This document shows positions 59,658-64,000 of a DNA stretch of 64,000 nt, one piece after another. The translations under genes and the position numbers were made by a program. Under the pieces are notes generated by a model. That model had not been told where the DNA came from. It did no database searches and was given only the letters and a program-made list of their open reading frames with translations. The stretch is taken from the NCBI RefSeq assembly GCF_035594765.1, contig NC_085843.1, positions 57,582,201 through 57,646,200 of the forward strand. Reading direction: 5' to 3'. Position 1 is the first letter of the stretch. The number at the start of each line of letters is the position of its first letter. The stretch comes from Anolis carolinensis. Taxonomy: Eukaryota.

Positions 59658-60736
59658 TCTATATACATTTACATAATAAAAGTGTGTGTGTGTGGCTGGG
59701 GTGCACAATTCCACAGACAGACTCCCGCTTCCACAAACACCTATAACCCATAGTGCTGAGGAGCCACTAAAAGCACTCTCTCCAATGACATTTCAGGTTA
59801 TAGCGAGTGCCAAGAACATGTAGCCCAAACCCTGTCAATGTCCTCCCCAAACACTACAGCCCACCACCCAAAGAATGCTTTCATTCAGGGACAATTTCTT
59901 CCTAGATTTTATGTGTTTCCTCCACCGCAAACATCCCAGTGTTTCTTACTCTCTCCACTGGTATGGAATTTGCATGATCCCATCCACTGCCTCTCTCTTA
60001 ACCCTTTTCTACTCTTTTCAGCTCTGTCTGCATAACAAACAGAGCAGAAATGAGCAGCAACTAAACATACTGGAGGAGTCTGGGGGATTAACTCTATATG
60101 GTGGAAGTTGTTGTTTACCCAGCATCAAGTCAGATCACTGACCCCCACTGACAATGGACCTGGACCACATTTGGCAGACAGAACCCCCATGACCAAAAAA
60201 AAATGCAGGAGAGCTTTGGGGGGGGATTCACTTTGATTTACAGAAATTATAGTTCACCTACATCCAGAGAGCAATGTAAATGCAAACAACAATGGATCTG
60301 CACCAAATTTGGCATGCACACCCAATATGGCCAAATTTGAATACTGGTGGATTTGGGGTGGACATTTGTTTGTTGTAAGTAGCAGGAGTTATAGTTCACC
60401 TGCAATCAAAAAGCACTCTGAACCCTACCGATGATGGACCTGGATGTAACTTGGAAGACAGAAATCCCATGACAAACTGAACGTACTGGAGGAATTTGAT
60501 GGGACTGATTCACCATGGTGGGAGTTGTAATTCATTATGCAGCTGAAGAGAATACTGAAACCCACCAATGATGCATCTAGAGCACATTTTCCCAACATGA
60601 CAAACTTTAAGTATTGATAAGAGTTTCAGGGGGTTAATCTGGCATGATATGTGTTGTAGTACACCCACAACCTTATGCATTTTGTAAAATAAAAATGACT
60701 TCTAACAACCCAGGCAACACCAGGCACCCAAACTAG
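59658..60736 (+). mobile_element. Non-autonomous Helitron
   Basis: A|TCtatata at the 5' end; a 3' degenerate hairpin cccaggcaacaccagg followed by CTAG|T; no TSD; internal diverged tandem units. Confidence 0.75.
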
Positions 60737-63700
60737 TTAATAAAGCAATCTGGAATCTCTAAAAATACATAGCAGATGAGTTGGAATTATTGTGATTTCA
60801 GCTAACATTGCTAATTTGAATCAATGATTTAAATACATTTTAAGTAGGTATCCAATACCGTTTATTGTTCTTACTATAGCATGCGCATATTCTGCATACT
60901 CTTCATGTGATACATCATCATTTTTACCAGAATGGATAAAACCAGTGTTGTGGTCTGATGGAGGTTTATGAGCCATTGGCAGCTTTTCTGTGACAATTGT
61001 TTGAATATGACTATATATGGCACAAATGTGGTAGCATCTCCTGCAAAAAAAAAAAATGCAGCTCCTCCAAAGCCTGATTAAAACTGCTCAATAGAATGAT
61101 TCTAGGACTATGAAAAGGCTTAGGAGTGAATATTAAGATTTTCTATCTTCTTATCTATGCCATTTTACAAAATGTGTTCCAAGATGCTTCTTGACAGTAA
61201 TTCAGCATAGGAGGAAAGTGCTGTTCAAGAAACAAATTCAAAAACAACAGCATTGGATACTGTTAATTTCTTCCGATCCACTGAGAAGCAACTGTTCTAC
61301 TAATGGACCCTCCTAGCATTTGTTTTCTGGCATTTTCCTTCTAAATTCTCACTGGATGGCTCTCTGTTGTTTAGAGAACTTGAGGGAAAGGAGCTAGCAG
61401 AAACTGACAAATGAACAAATTGTGAAGAGCAGGTAAGTTAATTTAAATTAACAAACATCAATAAGGCAAGTACCTGTGTGGTGGAGCAGAACAGAAAGCT
61501 AAATGCATTCTAGAAAAGGTCCAACCTTTCATCTCCATAGACTAGCACAAATGCATGCTGCTTCTCTTTAATTTTAAGAGGTCCCACAGGTTCCTCATTA
61601 CCTCAACATTTAGTCTTTTGGTGGTTTGGCAGCCCTTTTGTTCGGCTCAGAAAGGTACTTAGGTCAGGTAGCTGATTTTACCAGTCATGAGATATAAGTG
61701 CAGCAGGAGTGTGGTAAATCTGGTGGTGCCCAGTGGAGGGTGTGGGGGAACTTATCATCTCACACCCCATATCACCTGACTTATCCCAGGCCCTATCTCA
61801 TGAGGGGAAGTGTCCACCGCATAGCTTCCTCCTGTTGATCCAATGCATAGGCATAGGCTGGTTCCCTCTCCCTTTTACCATGGAACTCTGCCAGAAGTAG
61901 CTGTGCGTCATGGGATGGGAGTCATGGGCTCCGGGGCAAAAGGAAAGAGGTACCAGCACATGCTGCCAAATTCAGCCCCATCTGACGAGGTCGTATGGTT
62001 CGTAATTTGCTTTATTTGTAGTAGGATTTTTTTTTCCAAAAAAAATTAACCATATGTGACACATATACTTGGCCAGGGAAATGATGTACCTGACTGTCTG
62101 GGGTGGAGAGAAGGGCGCCATTTTCTGATATAAACAACAATTATAACAGCTTTTGGTTTTTAGCTGTTTATAAACTTCTTTATACTATGGTCTATTTTTC
62201 TGTGACAAAGTATCTTCACACACATTTCTATCCTATCTTTTCAAAGTGCTTTGCATATTCATGCCCCATGTTGATCCATTTCTCTGTTTATTCCCCTGTT
62301 TAACTGATGAAATGTGAAGCCTATAATTTTTATGCCATTTGGTTTACTTTACGTTGGTCCCATTACCAAATCTGCAGGTCCTATTTATAATTCACAATCA
62401 GTTCTTGGCTTGCTTTCTAACTCATTTAACTTTTTTTCATAAAAGTTGCACATCCCTGAAAAGAATCGAGTAGACAGAGTGGCCTGTGTTGAGAATACAA
62501 AAGTCCTTCGATGCACATGAGCAGCACATGGAGTTTCGGTGCCTGCCACAGGATTTCATGTTTTGGAAAATATTTACCAAAATTTTTTGAAGTCTGCTTC
62601 AGGAGTCATATTATTACAACACTAATTTCATTCTTCAAAAGTAAATCATTTACGGCTATGTAGTCTAAACACTCATTATGAAATTTAAACCTCAAAATCC
62701 CTGTATATTTTTTTAAAAATCCTGTAGGACAAATGCAATAGAGGACTGAATCTACTCTCCCACAGCACAACAGCAGCTATTCATTCATTTAAGGGTGGAG
62801 GGAAACTCTGAAGACTTGCTTTAAAAATGCAGATGAATGAATTAGTGTTGACAGTTCGAACTTGTTTCTTGGCAACTCTGACAGGATGTGGCATTTCCCC
62901 ATCCTTCTAACCATAAAAATGATTTGAAGTAAACTAAACCACACAAAAACATCAAAACCTGTTAGAAAGTAACACACAAAGCAAATATTAATAGGTGCTA
63001 TTTAACTTAGCTCATTATTTTAGACATAAGTATAGTTCTAAAATTGCATCCTGTTACTTGTGAGAGCTGAGTCTTAGTCTCTGACATATGCATATAGTAG
63101 AGAGAAAGACACACAGAGAAAAAGATCAGGAGAGAATTCAAGGAGAAACTTGTATGCCAGAGTGACACCAAAAAGACTGCTATTTGTAGCAATACACAGC
63201 TGTGAACATATGTTCTTTGGTATTTAACCAGATGCACAGTTGCTATATTGGGATAGTACATTAAATTATACCAACATGCTTGCCATAACCATGATTTCAT
63301 TTGGAGTATATATTAATATACCATACTGCTTTTTTATAGGAAAAAAAGACAAAACAAAGGTAGAATACACTGAACTGCTAAGCTTGTTTAATGAGATGCA
63401 TTTGTGCAAACCGTTTCCAGTTAACAAAAGCCTTAGAGCTGGAACAAGGAAGATACAACATAAACAGCATTGGGCAATACAAACATGCAGGTCCTGTATA
63501 ACCTTCTCCTCAATAGCTCATGTGCTGCCCTCCTATGCAACAAAAGCTAAATAATTAGCACGGGGAGATAGTGGCGGGTTATAAAAATTTTTTTAATTAT
63601 TATTAATTCATGAGATTGCAGATGCTAAGCCAAATAGCCCATTCCATTTTAACATGTTGTGTAGATATGTGATCAAAAGCTGTCATCATTCATGAGTGTG

Positions 63701-64000
63701 ACATCTGTACTTAATCTTTTTTTAAAGACACAATATATTCATATGAATTTGTTTATTACAATGATATAGAATATTTCAAGCAATGCACCGCTAAAAGATC
63801 TGTTGTACATTTAATATTTAGTCAAATTAAAGGGTGAGTGAGAAAGCAAAAGGGCTGGTTCTCAGAACAGTAATTTGACATGCAGTAAATTAGAATCCCT
63901 CTGTGACAATAGATGCAAGAAGTGTTATGAAAATTTTATACAGAAATTTAATAATACACTTGAGAAGTAGCCTGGTGTGAAGACTTGATGTGATGACAGG

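Overview
This is vertebrate genomic DNA, almost certainly from a squamate and probably an Anolis-type lizard (inferred from the Sauria SINE and the other repeat families). It is AT-rich and intronic. The window lies inside the large neural gene CADM2 (SynCAM2/Necl-3) on the minus strand. Two coding exons are visible and neither appears in the ORF track: the 150-nt first Ig-domain exon (27671-27820) and a 27-nt microexon (53224-53250) with a neural-microexon splicing signature. The rest is intron filled with transposons. These include a near-intact RTE LINE whose 5' end can fold into a compact pseudoknot, a solo LTR, and a decayed DIRS/Ngaro tyrosine-recombinase retroelement. The Ngaro element carries an SGNH hydrolase ORF and an array of 12 YY1-type motifs, splits an old L1 precisely, and has a related non-coding 'solo' copy further along. 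There is also a very young 2-kb Tf1/sushi-like LTR element that encodes only integrase and has a self-priming site, plus Copia, L2, CR1 and Penelope relics, a Helitron, SINEs, many MITEs and microsatellites. All calls come from reading the sequence and from recalled family knowledge. No searches were run.
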